Positions 6,902-18,272 of a stretch of 64,000 bases of DNA are shown in pieces; position 1 is the first letter of the stretch, and each line of letters starts with the position of its first letter. The DNA is from an uncultured delta proteobacterium (lineage in GTDB: Bacteria > Desulfobacterota > Desulfuromonadia > Geobacterales > Pseudopelobacteraceae). The notes beneath the pieces are model-generated. The model had not been told where the DNA came from and ran no database searches. It saw only the letters and a program-made list of their open reading frames with translations. The DNA lies in NCBI GenBank assembly GCA_963772835.1, contig CAVYYZ010000002.1, positions 384,001 to 448,000 on the forward strand. Reading direction: 5' to 3'. The translations under genes were made by a program, and so were the position numbers.

Positions 6902-7922
6902 CTACCCCTGTGCCGCCTGCACCGCTGTGATTGCAACCACGTTGACGATGTCATCCACCGAACAGCCGCGCGAGAGGTCGTTGACCGGTTTGGCAAGACC
7001 CTGGATGATCGGGCCGACCGCTTCGGCTTCGGCGACACGCTCAACAAGCTTGTAGCCGATATTCCCCGAATCGAGATTCGGAAAGATCAGGACATTTGCC
7101 TTGCCGGCTACCGGGCTGCCGGGGGCCTTTTTACCGCCGACACTCGGCAGCAGAGCGGCATCAGCCTGAAGTTCACCGTCGATCTGCAGATCAGGTTTCA
7201 GCTGCTTGGCAATTGCCATGGCTTTGGTCACTTTATCCACATCGGGATGCGAGGCACTCCCCTTGGAGGAGAAGGATAGCATCGCCACGCGGGCCTCAAC
7301 ATCAAGAAACGCCTTGCAGTTTCCGGCAGTGGCCACGGCGATTTCGGCCAGCGCCTGGGCATCCGGATCCGGATTGACGGCACAGTCTGCGAAGAGAATG
7401 ATGCCGTTTTCACCGAAGAAATGATTCTTGGTGATCATCAGAAAAAATGAGGACACCGTCTTGATACCGGCGGCAGGGCCAACCGTCTGAAAGGCAGCCT
7501 TGAGCACGTTTCCCGTGGTGTTTGTGGCACCTGCAACCTCTCCGCCTGCATCCCGGGAATGTACCATCATACCGGCATAATAGAGGTTATCCGGTGCGGT
7601 CAACAGGGTACGGGCCTCATCGGTGGTTATGACTTTACCTCTGCTTTTGCGCAGCTCAACAAATTCGGACACGTATTGGTCCAAGTTTCGGAGATGTCGC
7701 CGGATTTATCAGCTCGACGCCGGAGAGATTTATTCCTTTTTCAGCGGCTTCGGCCAGAATTTTTTCCTGGTCGCCAAGAATTATGATCTTTGCCAGCTTT
7801 TCGTTGATAATGGTTTCTGCTGCGTACAACATCCGCTCATCGTAACTTTCAGGCAGCACAACGATTTGCTGATGTCTTTTGGCTTTTTCCTTGATCTGGT
7901 CAACAAGATGCATGGTGTGCAT
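6902..7922 (-). CDS. pta: phosphate acetyltransferase, with a one-base frame break near 7680
   Basis: The N-terminal IVVLPES is in one frame; FADCAVNPDP, DGELQADAA and QGLAKPVNDLSRGC are in another. RBS GAGGAGG. Confidence 0.93.
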
Positions 7923-7986
7923 ATTCAGCCTCCTCAAAATATAAAACGATGTGTGCTTATAACTGAAAGATCCATCACCGGTCAAT

Positions 7987-8013
7987 AAAAAAAGCCTGAT
8001 TTCTCAGGCTTTT
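7987..8013. terminator. intrinsic terminator after trpB
   Basis: AAAAGCCTGA-TTTC-TCAGGCTTTT. Confidence 0.75.
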
Positions 8014-8040
8014 AGCGATGCTTAATGTCTTATATCAGAG

Positions 8041-9231
8041 CTAAAATTCAAACCCCAACGCCTCGGCAACCGTATGCATATCCTTGTCACCGCGACCGGA
8101 GAGACAAACGACAATGGTCGTGTCTTTACTCAGCATCGGAGCCATTTTCATGACCTGCGCAATGGCGTGAGAAGATTCGAGAGCAGGGATAATCCCTTCC
8201 TCACGGGTCAACGTGCTGAATCCCTCCAACGCCTCGTCGTCAGTGATAGAGACATATTCAGCACGACCGCTGTCCTTAAGCCATGAATGTTCTGGACCGA
8301 CCCCTGGATAGTCAAGCCCGGCCGAGATGGAGTGGGCGTGGGTAATCTGCCCGTGGCGATCCTGCAGAAGATAGGTCCTGTTGCCGTGAAGAATGCCGGG
8401 CGATCCGGCACAAAGCGGAGCGGCATGTTTGCCGGACTCGATACCATAGCCGGAGGCTTCAACACCTACCAACCGGACGCTGCGGTTATTCAGAAACGGG
8501 TAAAACAACCCCATGGCATTACTGCCGCCGCCGACTGAGGCCACAAGGTAATCGGGGAGGCGCCCTTCGACTTTTTTATGCTGCCGCTTTACCTCCGTGC
8601 CGATCACCGACTGAAAGTCACGCACCATCATCGGATACGGGTGCGGTCCCGCCACAGTGCCGATCACATAAAAAGTTTCATGTATGGTGGTGACCCAGTT
8701 GCGCATCGCTTCATTCATGGCGTCCTTCAACGTAGCGGTACCGGCGGTTACCGGCGTCACTGTGGCCCCCAGCAGCTTCATACGGAACACATTCTGCGCC
8801 TGGCGGCGGGTATCCTCTTCCCCCATAAAAACTTCGCACGTCATTCCGAACAGAGCAGCGATCGTGGCGGTTGCCACACCATGCATTCCTGCGCCGGTTT
8901 CAGCAATGACCCGTTTCTTTCCCATCCGTCTGGCCAGAAGCCCCTGACCGATAGTGTTGTTTATTTTGTGTGCACCGGTATGGTTCAAATCCTCGCGCTT
9001 GAGGTAGATCCGTGCTCCCCCCAGTCTTTTTGTAAGTTTTTCAGCAAAATAGAGCGGGTTGGGGCGGCCGACATACTGGCGCAGATAATACGTAAACTCC
9101 TGCTTGAACTCCTTGTCATTGCGATACTGCAGATAGGCTTTTTCCAGTTCCAGCAGCGCAGGCATGAGGGTTTCCGGGACGTAACGCCCGCCATACTGGC
9201 CGAAATGGCCTTGCTTATCCGGTAATTTCAT
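8041..9231 (-). CDS. trpB: tryptophan synthase beta chain
   Basis: [18 protein letters not shown] lysine, GGGSNA and [14 protein letters not shown]. Confidence 0.97.
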   Translation of the reverse strand: MKLPDKQGHFGQYGGRYVPETLMPALLELEKAYLQYRNDKEFKQEFTYYLRQYVGRPNPLYFAEKLTKRLGGARIYLKREDLNHTGAHKINNTIGQGLLARRMGKKRVIAETGAGMHGVATATIAALFGMTCEVFMGEEDTRRQAQNVFRMKLLGATVTPVTAGTATLKDAMNEAMRNWVTTIHETFYVIGTVAGPHPYPMMVRDFQSVIGTEVKRQHKKVEGRLPDYLVASVGGGSNAMGLFYPFLNNRSVRLVGVEASGYGIESGKHAAPLCAGSPGILHGNRTYLLQDRHGQITHAHSISAGLDYPGVGPEHSWLKDSGRAEYVSITDDEALEGFSTLTREEGIIPALESSHAIAQVMKMAPMLSKDTTIVVCLSGRGDKDMHTVAEALGFEF

Positions 9232-9844
9232 GGTGCAGACTCCTTGTCGCTCTGATGAAACAATTAACCAACCCGGCATCTTTTTTCCCCGGCGCACTTT
9301 CCACTCCGCTGGAAACATCAACCGCATACGGCTTGACAGTAGCTACCGCCTCGGCGACATTTTCCGGAGTCAGCCCTCCGGCAAGAATGATGCAGTTTGA
9401 TGCAGCCGCCCTGGCAGCGATCTCCCAGTTGAAGGTCGTACCGGTACCGCCATGTGCCGATGGCGACCAGGCATCCAGCAGGCAGGCGGCAACTTGATAA
9501 TCGGGTATGATATCCAGACTGGAAGCATCTTTCACCCGGAACGCCTTGATAATTCTGCGATTAACGGCAGAACAATAATCCGCAGATTCTTCGCCGTGGA
9601 GCTGTACCAGATCCAGACCGCACCGGTCAGCTGTTGAATTGACCGTTACCGACTCCTCGTTGACGAACAGTCCGACCGTCTGCACAAAAGAGGGAAGGCA
9701 GCGGATGATGGCAGCAGCCTGTTCGGGAGAAATGAAGCGGGGAGAGCGCTGAAAGAAGACGAAGCCGAGAGCATCAGCTCCGGCTTCGACCGCCATCAGG
9801 GCATCTTCAAGGTTGGTTATGCCGCATATTTTAATTTTTACCAC
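9215..9844 (-). CDS. trpF: phosphoribosylanthranilate isomerase
   Basis: [23 protein letters not shown] and DVSSGVE. Confidence 0.97.
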   Translation of the reverse strand: MVKIKICGITNLEDALMAVEAGADALGFVFFQRSPRFISPEQAAAIIRCLPSFVQTVGLFVNEESVTVNSTADRCGLDLVQLHGEESADYCSAVNRRIIKAFRVKDASSLDIIPDYQVAACLLDAWSPSAHGGTGTTFNWEIAARAAASNCIILAGGLTPENVAEAVATVKPYAVDVSSGVESAPGKKDAGLVNCFIRATRSLHHEITG

Positions 9845-9955
9845 TGAAATGCCTCACCTCAGAAGTACGGAGAAACTGAGAAAACCGGGGGGAACAGCTG
9901 ATACGGCTTCCTGGTTTTCAAAATAAACGGCATTGATACTCCCTTTATTGTCTTT

Positions 9956-9978
9956 CTCCGTGCCTCCGTGTCTCCGTG
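9956..9978. repeat. octamer-period tandem repeat (CTCCGTG-N x3)
   Basis: Units at 9956, 9964 and 9972. A degenerate complementary arm lies near 9867-9885, and a related pair at 12727-12818. Confidence 0.6.
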
Positions 9979-9991
9979 GTGGATATGTAAT

Positions 9992-11347
9992 TTACAGATG
10001 TATCTTCGGCAGCCGTTCCAGAGCGGCTTTTACCATTGCATCCGGATATTCGTAATCTTCCAGATTGCCGGAAAGATATGAATCGTACGCTCCCATATCA
10101 AGCTGACCATGACCGGAAAGACCGAAAAGAATGGTTTTTTCCTTACCCTCTTCCTTCGCCAGTACCGCCTCGTCAATGGCCGCCCTCACTGCGTGGGAAG
10201 ATTCGGGGGCCGGCACGATCCCTTCGCTGCGGGCAAACAGAAGTGCCCCCTCGAAACAGGCATTCTGCCTGTAGGACTTTGCTTCGATCTGCCCTGCATG
10301 GTACAGCTGCGAGACCAGCGGTGATTCACCATGATAACGCAGACCGCCGGCGTGTATGCCGGGAGGCATAAAGTCGTGCCCCAGCGTGTACATCATGGCA
10401 ATGGGTGCCATTTTGGCAGTATCACCGTAATCAAAGGCGTACACCCCTTTTGTCAGGGTCGGACAGGATGCCGGTTCGACCGCGACACAGCGGACATTCT
10501 TACCGGCGGCGCGATCGGCAATGAAAGGGAATGCCAGACCGGCAAAGTTGGATCCGCCGCCGCAGCAGGCGATGACGACATCAGGATAGTCACCCGCGAT
10601 CTTGAACTGCGCCTGGGCTTCCTGACCGATGATAGTCTGATGCAGACAGACATGATTGAGTACGCTCCCAAGGGCGTAGTTGGTATCGGCATGGGTGGCG
10701 GCATCCTCCACCGCTTCCGAAATGGCGATGCCGAGGCTGCCGGGACAGTCCGGGTCATGGGCCAGGATCGAGCGGCCCGAGTTGGTGAACTCCGAAGGTG
10801 AAGGGATGACCTGTGCCCCCCATAATTGCATCATGCTCTTGCGGTACGGCTTCTGGCTGCAGGAAATCTTGACCATGTAGATCGTACATTCCAGACCGAA
10901 CATTGAGCAGGCGAGAGCAAGTGAACTTCCCCACTGCCCGGCTCCGGTCTCGGTAGCCAGACGGCGGATACCTGCCTGTTTATTGTAGTAGGCCTGGGGA
11001 ATCGCTGAATTCGGTTTGTGCGATCCTGCCGGCGAGACACCTTCATATTTGTAATATATCTTTGCCGGTGTGCCGAGCGCCTTTTCCAGGCGGTGGGCGC
11101 GGAACAGCGGCGATGGCCGCCAGAGTTTGTATATTTCACGGACCTCATCAGGGATATCAATCCAGCGCTGCATCGACATCTCCTGCTCTATAAGGGCCAT
11201 CGGGAAAATAGCCAGCATTTCGTCCGGAGTGACCGGCTGCATGGTCCGGGGGCTGATAACGGGCGCCAACGGGCCGGGCATATCCGGTATGATATTGTAC
11301 CACTGACGCGGAATCTGGTCTTCTGGCAGCAGGATTTTGGTGGTCAT
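9992..11347 (-). CDS. trpB2: TrpB-like PLP enzyme (TrpB2)
   Basis: [22 protein letters not shown] and HAGGLRYHG. Confidence 0.95.
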   Translation of the reverse strand: MTTKILLPEDQIPRQWYNIIPDMPGPLAPVISPRTMQPVTPDEMLAIFPMALIEQEMSMQRWIDIPDEVREIYKLWRPSPLFRAHRLEKALGTPAKIYYKYEGVSPAGSHKPNSAIPQAYYNKQAGIRRLATETGAGQWGSSLALACSMFGLECTIYMVKISCSQKPYRKSMMQLWGAQVIPSPSEFTNSGRSILAHDPDCPGSLGIAISEAVEDAATHADTNYALGSVLNHVCLHQTIIGQEAQAQFKIAGDYPDVVIACCGGGSNFAGLAFPFIADRAAGKNVRCVAVEPASCPTLTKGVYAFDYGDTAKMAPIAMMYTLGHDFMPPGIHAGGLRYHGESPLVSQLYHAGQIEAKSYRQNACFEGALLFARSEGIVPAPESSHAVRAAIDEAVLAKEEGKEKTILFGLSGHGQLDMGAYDSYLSGNLEDYEYPDAMVKAALERLPKIHL

Positions 11348-11374
11348 GATTCCTCCGGTTGAAAGGGAATATCG

Positions 11375-12691
11375 TTACTCCAGATTGTCTTCAATACGGA
11401 TAAAACTGGTTTTCTGGCATATAATGTCCAGTTGGTTGATTTCTGACAAAGCCTCCTGAATCGAGCCTTCACGAGCCTCATGGGTCATGATGACAATGGG
11501 CACCGGAGCGGCGTCATCCACTTCATGGGCTGTCTGAACCATCGATTCGATACTTATGCCGTGCTTGCCCAGAGCGCCGGCAATCCCCCCCAGTACTCCC
11601 GGTTTGTCCAGGGCACTGAACCGGAGCATGTATTTACTAAGGATATCGGCCATCGGCCTGACCGGTATGGTAACGATCTCATTGTCCAGAAAACCGAGGG
11701 GCGACATCCGGCGACCGGCGCCCGCTTTCATGCTGCGTGACAGGCCGATCAGGTCGCCGACAATTGCACTGGCGGTCGGGTTCTGTCCCGCACCACGCCC
11801 GGAGAACATGACCGGGCCGACAAAGTCTCCGGTGAGGCGGATGGCATTGAACACTCCGTTGATATCGGCCAGTGGGCTGTCAAGCGGAATCATGGTCGGA
11901 TGCACGCGGGCTTCAATCTCGCCGTCAACATGCTTTCCAATCGCCAACAGCTTGATGCGATAGCCGAATTCGGCGGCGTATTTGACATCCAGACCGCTGA
12001 TATTGGCAATCCCTTCGGTATGAATATCCTTAAAGTCAATCCGGGTGCCAAAACAGAGGGAAATCAGAACGGCCAGCTTGTGGGCGGTATCGACCCCTTC
12101 AACATCAAATGTCGGATCGGGTTCAGCGTAGCCGAGATCCTGTGCGGCGCGAAGCACGTCGACAAAGTCGGCACCTTCCTGAGTCATGCGGGTCAGAATG
12201 TAATTGCAGGTGCCGTTCATGATGCCGAAGACACTGCTGAAATGGTTGGCGGCCAGATTGCTCTTGATAGCAGTCAGAACCGGAATTCCGCCGCCGACGG
12301 CGGCCTCGAACTGCACTTCGACACCATTACGGACAGCTGCGGCGTAGATATCGGAACCATGCAGAGCCAGGAGCGCCTTATTGGCGGTAACAATATGCTT
12401 TCCTTTTTCAATCGCCTGTAACACAAAACTCTTGGCCGGTTCATACCCGCCGATCAGTTCAATGACAACTGATATGTCAGGGTCGTTGAATATGTCATCA
12501 ACGCTGGTTGTCAGCACGCCAGGAGCAACTGAAACTCCACGGTCTGTGGTAATATCAAGATCTGCAATGCGCTTCAATACGATGCCCGCTCCAACTTTGC
12601 TGCGAATAACGTCCGCATTATCACGTAGCAGTTTAACGACCCCCGCCCCGATATTGCCGAAACCTATCAGACCTACCTGTATATCTTTCAT
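11375..12691 (-). CDS. hom: homoserine dehydrogenase with C-terminal ACT domain
   Basis: GFGNIG, FEAAVGGGIP, NGTCNYIL and DKPGVL. Confidence 0.96.
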   Translation of the reverse strand: MKDIQVGLIGFGNIGAGVVKLLRDNADVIRSKVGAGIVLKRIADLDITTDRGVSVAPGVLTTSVDDIFNDPDISVVIELIGGYEPAKSFVLQAIEKGKHIVTANKALLALHGSDIYAAAVRNGVEVQFEAAVGGGIPVLTAIKSNLAANHFSSVFGIMNGTCNYILTRMTQEGADFVDVLRAAQDLGYAEPDPTFDVEGVDTAHKLAVLISLCFGTRIDFKDIHTEGIANISGLDVKYAAEFGYRIKLLAIGKHVDGEIEARVHPTMIPLDSPLADINGVFNAIRLTGDFVGPVMFSGRGAGQNPTASAIVGDLIGLSRSMKAGAGRRMSPLGFLDNEIVTIPVRPMADILSKYMLRFSALDKPGVLGGIAGALGKHGISIESMVQTAHEVDDAAPVPIVIMTHEAREGSIQEALSEINQLDIICQKTSFIRIEDNLE

Positions 12692-12838
12692 GTAATATCC
12701 TCTGAATAAAACTTCAAAACCCTGTCGCGGAGAGACGGAGAAAACCAGGATAACCCCGGCAAAGAGTTTGAGGTAAACCATAAACCCTTTTGTTTTAGAC
12801 TTTCTCTGTGACTCCGTGGCGGGCTAAAGGCTTTGGAT

Positions 12839-13270
12839 TTACTCTTCTCCCGCAACGTCCGACTTTACACAGGACACTATCTCATCGAGAATGCCGTTCA
12901 CAAATGCCGGCGATTCTTTGTCACCGTAACGGCGTACAATCTCTATCGCTTCGTTTATTGTGACTTTTTTTGGAATATCGGGACGGAACATCAGCTCATA
13001 TGCTGCCAGACGCATGACGTTCAGATCCACCCGCGGCATTCGCGTCAGCGACCAGTTTTTTGAACACGCCCGAATCGCTTCATCAATGTCTGCACGCCGG
13101 GTCTGTACACCCTGCACCAGTTCTTCCGCAAACTCCCGAACCCTGCCTGCTATTTCACCCTGCTCCTCACGGAAGGTCTGCAACGTTTCGCGAAGACCGA
13201 CCGTGCTGTTTGAATCAAGAGCGTACAACATCTGCAGAGCCAGTTCGCGCGCTTCACGCCGTAGTCCCAT
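12839..13270 (-). CDS. nusB: transcription antitermination factor NusB
   Basis: [13 protein letters not shown]...INEAIEI...FVNGILD. Follows ribH. Confidence 0.96.
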   Translation of the reverse strand: MGLRREARELALQMLYALDSNSTVGLRETLQTFREEQGEIAGRVREFAEELVQGVQTRRADIDEAIRACSKNWSLTRMPRVDLNVMRLAAYELMFRPDIPKKVTINEAIEIVRRYGDKESPAFVNGILDEIVSCVKSDVAGEE

Positions 13271-13737
13271 TATTTCAGAACCTTTATCAGGTTGACGGAT
13301 TCTATTGCAGTAACAGCCGCTTCAAAACCTTTGTTCCCCGCCTTGGTACCGGCCCGTTCTACCGCCTGTTCGATTGTATCGGTCGTCAGAACACCAAAGG
13401 CGATCGGAATACCGCTTTCAAGTGAGACACCGGCAACTCCTTTGGAAACCTCAGCGGCAACATAGTCGAAATGCGGTGTAGACCCGCGAATAACAGCCCC
13501 GAGGCAGATCAGAGCATCATATTTGCCGGTTTCCGCCATTTTTTTGGCAAAGAGCGGAATTTCAAATGCCCCCGGCACTCGTGCCACATGTATGTTTTTG
13601 TCATCGACACCGTGGCGGATCAGCGCATCAACCGCTCCCTCCAGCAGGCGTTCGCAGATAAAACTGTTGAAACGGCTGACCACAATACCGAATTTCTGAC
13701 CTTTGCCTTCAAGTTTACCTTCAAAAAATTGCGGCAT
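13270..13737 (-). CDS. ribH: 6,7-dimethyl-8-ribityllumazine synthase
   Basis: VPGAFEIP and [14 protein letters not shown]. Confidence 0.97.
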   Translation of the reverse strand: MPQFFEGKLEGKGQKFGIVVSRFNSFICERLLEGAVDALIRHGVDDKNIHVARVPGAFEIPLFAKKMAETGKYDALICLGAVIRGSTPHFDYVAAEVSKGVAGVSLESGIPIAFGVLTTDTIEQAVERAGTKAGNKGFEAAVTAIESVNLIKVLK

Positions 13738-13994
13738 GACTACCTCCCGGAAATGAGTACGTTAGAAGCTAACTGTGTAACAGGTTAGCCTAAAAAAAGG
13801 GCATATTAACATATTTTTTACTACTGGGTAGAAAAAATATGGGGCGCTACGGCCGGTCGGAGCGTGTGAATACTTCTATCAGTGTAGGTACAACAGAAAC
13901 CTGTCGACCGATGTACACTTTGGTTCAAAAGCCATGATCTACTTCACCACCGGAAAGCGCGACTGTTTTGCAACAACATCTGTACGAAACCGCT

Positions 13995-14534
13995 TTAGGC
14001 GGCCACCTTCGGGTTCTGGCTGATTATTCGCCTCATATGTGTAATAATTCTTGTACAGACTTCTTTTTGTGTCAGATCAGTGGCCTTGATAGTGACATCC
14101 GCGTACTTCCTGTAAAGAGTGAATCGTTCCAGGTACAGGTCGGCCAATCCCTGATCCGCTCTTTTTGCAAGGCCTCTCGAGCTGAAGTCATGAATCCTTG
14201 ACTCCAGTACGGGCAGTTCCACTTCGAGAAAAATGACAACACCGGCGGACTTGAGATGAGCCATGGCGCAGTCGCTATATACTGCGCTGCCGCCGGTGGC
14301 AATGACAGAGTTTTGGGCGTGAAGCCCGATCAGGACCTTTTCTTCAATCATCCGGAGAGCTGTGTATCCGTCTGAATCAACAATTTCCTGCAATGTCCGC
14401 TCCTGCAAGGATTGAATAAGAATGTCCGTATCCACAAAGTCACGCGCCGTCAGTTGTGCCAGCATAACACCGACACTGCTCTTACCGGCGCCCGGCATAC
14501 CAATTAAAACAAGATTTGAACATGTTTGTACCAT
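13995..14534 (-). CDS. aroK: shikimate kinase
   Basis: LIGMPGAGKS P-loop, DTD and ATGG. Start uncertain. Confidence 0.85.
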   Translation of the reverse strand: MVQTCSNLVLIGMPGAGKSSVGVMLAQLTARDFVDTDILIQSLQERTLQEIVDSDGYTALRMIEEKVLIGLHAQNSVIATGGSAVYSDCAMAHLKSAGVVIFLEVELPVLESRIHDFSSRGLAKRADQGLADLYLERFTLYRKYADVTIKATDLTQKEVCTRIITHMRRIISQNPKVAA

Positions 14535-14622
14535 GATTTTCGAGATCCTGTGCCCTCCAGTCCGGCGGTTGCACCATTGGAGCGTATTGAAACGGCATAT
14601 ACTACGAAACATGTACCGGGTT

Positions 14623-15618
14623 TTATATCAGTTTTAGAGCCGAGAAAATCATCTCCCACGCTGTAATAAGCGCAAACAGCAGATAGCAGATTATCGTAAC
14701 GAGAACGAGGCGGCGTTGAATGCCTGGGATAATAATGTTCAGGCTTACGACTTTTCTGAAAGGCATCAATACACCGGTTCCGATACCCGCCACGGCACCA
14801 CCGAAGAGAGTGGCGTACAAGATGTACCCGATGTAATGATACTCCTTCTGAAGCAGACAGAACGGGCAGTGATGGGTGGGAAGCTCATAAAAATACAGAC
14901 AGATAAAAGAGACCACCGAGGCTGCGGCAACCAGAAAGGTTACTGTTGCAGCGATCGAAAACAGATACCCGGCTTGGCTCTTTTTATAAAAAAACAACCC
15001 GCTGACGACGGTAACCGCCGTACCGGAAAAAAAGGCTATCTGCATCGGCAGAGGTGGCAGCGACGCAAGATCACCGCCGAAACTGCTTGATTCGTGGCTG
15101 AACAGGCTGCCGCAACAGGAGGTGATAATATCCGGTTTTACACCGGCAAAATAGGCGAACAGCAGAATGCCCTCCAACACCAGCAGAGGAACCACAAGAT
15201 TGAGCAGTTCATATTTGACCCGGATCAGCGGGTAGTCATATCCCCGGTTATCGGTATAATTCACGATCAGCCAGACACCTGACAGCAGAAAATTAACTAT
15301 TTTGAGCAGCATCACGGGGTAACCGAACGAGTTTACAGCCAGGGTTCCGGCCGCGCACATTGCACCGGTAAACAGCGTGTGGATGTCATCAGCAGTGTAG
15401 ATGAACAGAAACAGCGACATGAGCTCAAAAGTGAGTATATAACTCATGATTGTTGATATCAGGTAGGTCCTGCGCTCCAGGTCCAACTGGCTCTCGCTGC
15501 CGCTGGCCGGGTCCCACCGGCTGAGAATCCGCATACCGTAATAACCGGCATAGATCCCCATAACGGATACCAACAGCGCGATCAGCAGCAGCGCGAGGGC
15601 CGCGGGATGCAGGATCAC
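14623..15618 (-). CDS. polytopic membrane protein with Cys/His motifs
   Basis: Multiple TM segments with GAMCAAG, TSCCGS and HHCPFC. Confidence 0.85.
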   Translation of the reverse strand: MILHPAALALLLIALLVSVMGIYAGYYGMRILSRWDPASGSESQLDLERRTYLISTIMSYILTFELMSLFLFIYTADDIHTLFTGAMCAAGTLAVNSFGYPVMLLKIVNFLLSGVWLIVNYTDNRGYDYPLIRVKYELLNLVVPLLVLEGILLFAYFAGVKPDIITSCCGSLFSHESSSFGGDLASLPPLPMQIAFFSGTAVTVVSGLFFYKKSQAGYLFSIAATVTFLVAAASVVSFICLYFYELPTHHCPFCLLQKEYHYIGYILYATLFGGAVAGIGTGVLMPFRKVVSLNIIIPGIQRRLVLVTIICYLLFALITAWEMIFSALKLI

Positions 15619-16343
15619 CGGCAGCTCCGGCTGGCGACTACGGTGCCGTCACGCATTTCAACCAGTGCATCTATCAACGGTGAATCAAACACAATCGGAT
15701 CATGGCTGGCGATCAGCACACTCTTCCCCTCACCCTTCAACCGGCCGACAATGGCCATGAACTCCTGTGACAGCTTTGAATCCAGATGTGCAGTCGGTTC
15801 ATCGGCGATGATGATAGAGGGATTATTGATCAGGGCACGGGCAATGGCAGCCCGTTGCAGTTCTCCGCCCGAAAGCAGCTCGACCCGCTGTCCGGCAAGG
15901 CGCGAGATACTGAACTGTTCGAGTAGATTCAAGGCTCTGGCCCGGAAGAGTGTCCGGTCTTCTCCGGTGGGATAGGCCGGCAGCATAACATTTTCCAAAA
16001 CAGATATGCCCTTGACCAGGTTGAACTGCTGAAAAATGAATCCGAATGTTGATCTCCGGATATCATTCAAAAATCGCTCAGGGAGACTGGTTATCTCAAC
16101 AGAATCCGCCCCCCCCTGATGAAACGGTACAGCTGCGGCAATTCCATGCAGAAAAATCCGCCCCGAGGTCGGCCGGGCCATGCAACCGATCATCGTCAGG
16201 AGCGATGTTTTACCGGAGCCGCTCGGGCCTTTGAAAACAGTAATCTGCTCCGGGTTGACGGTAAGGGTGACATTATCCACGGCAGTGAACTGATTCGGTT
16301 TACCGCTGTTAAATGATTTCGTAATTCCGGAAAGCTCTATCAC
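15615..16343 (-). CDS. ABC transporter ATP-binding protein (LolD/MacB-like)
   Basis: GPSGSGKT, FIFQQFNL, LSGGE and ADEPT. Confidence 0.95.
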   Translation of the reverse strand: MIELSGITKSFNSGKPNQFTAVDNVTLTVNPEQITVFKGPSGSGKTSLLTMIGCMARPTSGRIFLHGIAAAVPFHQGGADSVEITSLPERFLNDIRRSTFGFIFQQFNLVKGISVLENVMLPAYPTGEDRTLFRARALNLLEQFSISRLAGQRVELLSGGELQRAAIARALINNPSIIIADEPTAHLDSKLSQEFMAIVGRLKGEGKSVLIASHDPIVFDSPLIDALVEMRDGTVVASRSCR

Positions 16344-16344
16344 G

Positions 16345-17481
16345 TCAATACCTCATTGCGGCATCCGGATCGATCGTGGCCGCGCGCCAGCAGGGAATAA
16401 CAGTCGCAGTTGTATACGGCACAACCGTCAGAAAAAAGAGTACGGACAGTTGGTAGACGTCGACAACCGGCACCAGCTGAAAACGGGGATAGATAACCGA
16501 CCACCCCTTGAGCGCCTGTGCGAACAGGGGAGCCGACAAGAAAAAGACATGCACATAGGCAAGCACGGTCCCCAGCAGAAATGCCGTCAATGAAATGACT
16601 ATACCTTCCCAGAACTTAAGCAGCAGCACATCGGAAGTTTCCCAGCCGATAGACTTGAGAATACCGATCTCTTTGCGCTCTTCGGCTGAAAGGCCTGTCG
16701 CCTTGTCCCAGGCGAAGATGATGAAAGAGAGCAGGGATGAGGCCAGGATTATCAACGTCATTCCGCCGCGCCAGTCGAAGATGGATTGATAGGTGCGCTG
16801 TATCTCACTTTTCAAGACCGGACGGGAATCGGGGAACCGGCTTATAATTTTGGCCGCAACGGTCGGCAGCTCTTTGGGATTTCGTACTGATACCGCCAGA
16901 TCGGTCGCCTGCCCCTCTGGAAAATTGAAGAGCTGAAGAAAATCGGACGGTGATATGACAATCAGGTCAGCCGAGACGAGGTCGGATTCGTTCGGAAATA
17001 TTGAAGTTATTTCCAGCATCACCGGTGCCTTGTCATAACTTATCAGCGGAAGCAGATCGCCGATCGACAGATGTCGAGACTGTGCAACCCGGGAACCGAT
17101 GGAGGCCTGTCCCGGTAGTGCGGCGGAATCGTCACCGGCCATAATCGTGTAATTTGCGCCGCTCAACGCGTCATAATAATATCCCCACAAACGGGGACGT
17201 ACCGCTGTCACCCCCCTGATCAGGGCGATTTCAGAAGCATATCCGGCTGGCACCAGATCCTGACGCCCCGCCATCAACCGTTGCACGACCATGTCAGGCG
17301 CATCGTTCAGAATAAGTGAGGCTTCTCTCTTCAGCGCCGAAACAAAGAACACCAGCGACGCCAGCATGAAGATTACCAGGAGATATATCATCAGAAGAGA
17401 CAGGTTCTTTCCTCTTCTGCGCAGTAACGATGCCAGGGTGAATTCAAGAATATTCAGATGTCGCTCAACGGCTCGATTCAT
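16345..17481 (-). CDS. FtsX/LolC-type ABC permease
   Basis: N-terminal TM, periplasmic loop, ERKEIGILKSIGW and the C-terminal P.WRAA..DP. Confidence 0.92.
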   Translation of the reverse strand: MNRAVERHLNILEFTLASLLRRRGKNLSLLMIYLLVIFMLASLVFFVSALKREASLILNDAPDMVVQRLMAGRQDLVPAGYASEIALIRGVTAVRPRLWGYYYDALSGANYTIMAGDDSAALPGQASIGSRVAQSRHLSIGDLLPLISYDKAPVMLEITSIFPNESDLVSADLIVISPSDFLQLFNFPEGQATDLAVSVRNPKELPTVAAKIISRFPDSRPVLKSEIQRTYQSIFDWRGGMTLIILASSLLSFIIFAWDKATGLSAEERKEIGILKSIGWETSDVLLLKFWEGIVISLTAFLLGTVLAYVHVFFLSAPLFAQALKGWSVIYPRFQLVPVVDVYQLSVLFFLTVVPYTTATVIPCWRAATIDPDAAMRY

Positions 17482-17780
17482 GGTTTTTCTCGCGGGAGAG
17501 GCGGCAGGATCAGCGAACCCGAAGGAAAGTGTTCCAGCGCCATGGGATGATCCTGAAAGGGTGCGTGACTGTCAGCCATGGCAGGATGCCGGGTATAGCG
17601 GGCTTCCGTCGAAAGGCAGAGATCTGTAACATGCAGATTCCGGAGTTGAAGCGCCTGTTGCTTTGTTTCGCGGCCGGAAAGGTACTGTGCATATCGGGCA
17701 TGCAACGGCAGTAGCAGGAAAAGCGTCAGACTTCCGGCGGTAAAGAGTAAAAATTGTAATGATCGTCGTGTAGGTGTCAT
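17478..17780 (-). CDS. small membrane-anchored hypothetical protein
   Basis: N-terminal TM, then DLCLSTEARYTRH...PFQDHP...EHFPSGS. Start and stop overlap both neighbours. Confidence 0.75.
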   Translation of the reverse strand: MTPTRRSLQFLLFTAGSLTLFLLLPLHARYAQYLSGRETKQQALQLRNLHVTDLCLSTEARYTRHPAMADSHAPFQDHPMALEHFPSGSLILPPLPREKP

Positions 17781-18256
17781 TAATTGAGAGTTTTTATGGT
17801 CTGCAGCGAAATATCGTTGAAACGAAGAATGTGCTTGCCTTTATGGTCGAGCGTAAAGGATTTGGCATCCTTCATCGTGCCGAACGGAATCAGTTCACTT
17901 CCCATTGGCCCATTGATGTCGCTGCCGGAGACAAAAAAAGCGGTACGGGCATCGATCATCGTCAGAGAGTAATACTCTTTCACAAACAGAGTAACAAAAT
18001 CTGCCTGACGTTTTCCGGGAGTGTAGCGGGATGTATCCAGATAGTGACTGAACATATCCTTCGGACCGTCGTAAAAGAAGGCAGTGCCGTCTTTGAACCG
18101 GGCGGACGACGTCCAGTCCGGATATTTGGCAACAAACATTCCGCAGACAGGACACTTGGAACCGGGAGGAACAGTGGCGGCTCCATTTACTCCGGCAAGA
18201 ACGGTGGCTGCTGTGATGGCACAGTACAGCACAACTACAGGGATAATCCGATTCAT
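17780..18256 (-). CDS. NosL-family metal-binding protein
   Basis: Signal peptide, CPVCGM and GSDINGPMG..LIPF. Confidence 0.88.
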   Translation of the reverse strand: MNRIIPVVVLYCAITAATVLAGVNGAATVPPGSKCPVCGMFVAKYPDWTSSARFKDGTAFFYDGPKDMFSHYLDTSRYTPGKRQADFVTLFVKEYYSLTMIDARTAFFVSGSDINGPMGSELIPFGTMKDAKSFTLDHKGKHILRFNDISLQTIKTLN

Positions 18257-18272
18257 ACGGGCTCCTATTATA

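Noticed and set aside
7656..7700. pta split into two ORFs
   Set aside because: Both halves are intact and join after removing one base. There is no other decay.
13738..13990. FMN riboswitch upstream of ribH
   Set aside because: Conserved RFN sequence blocks were not seen.
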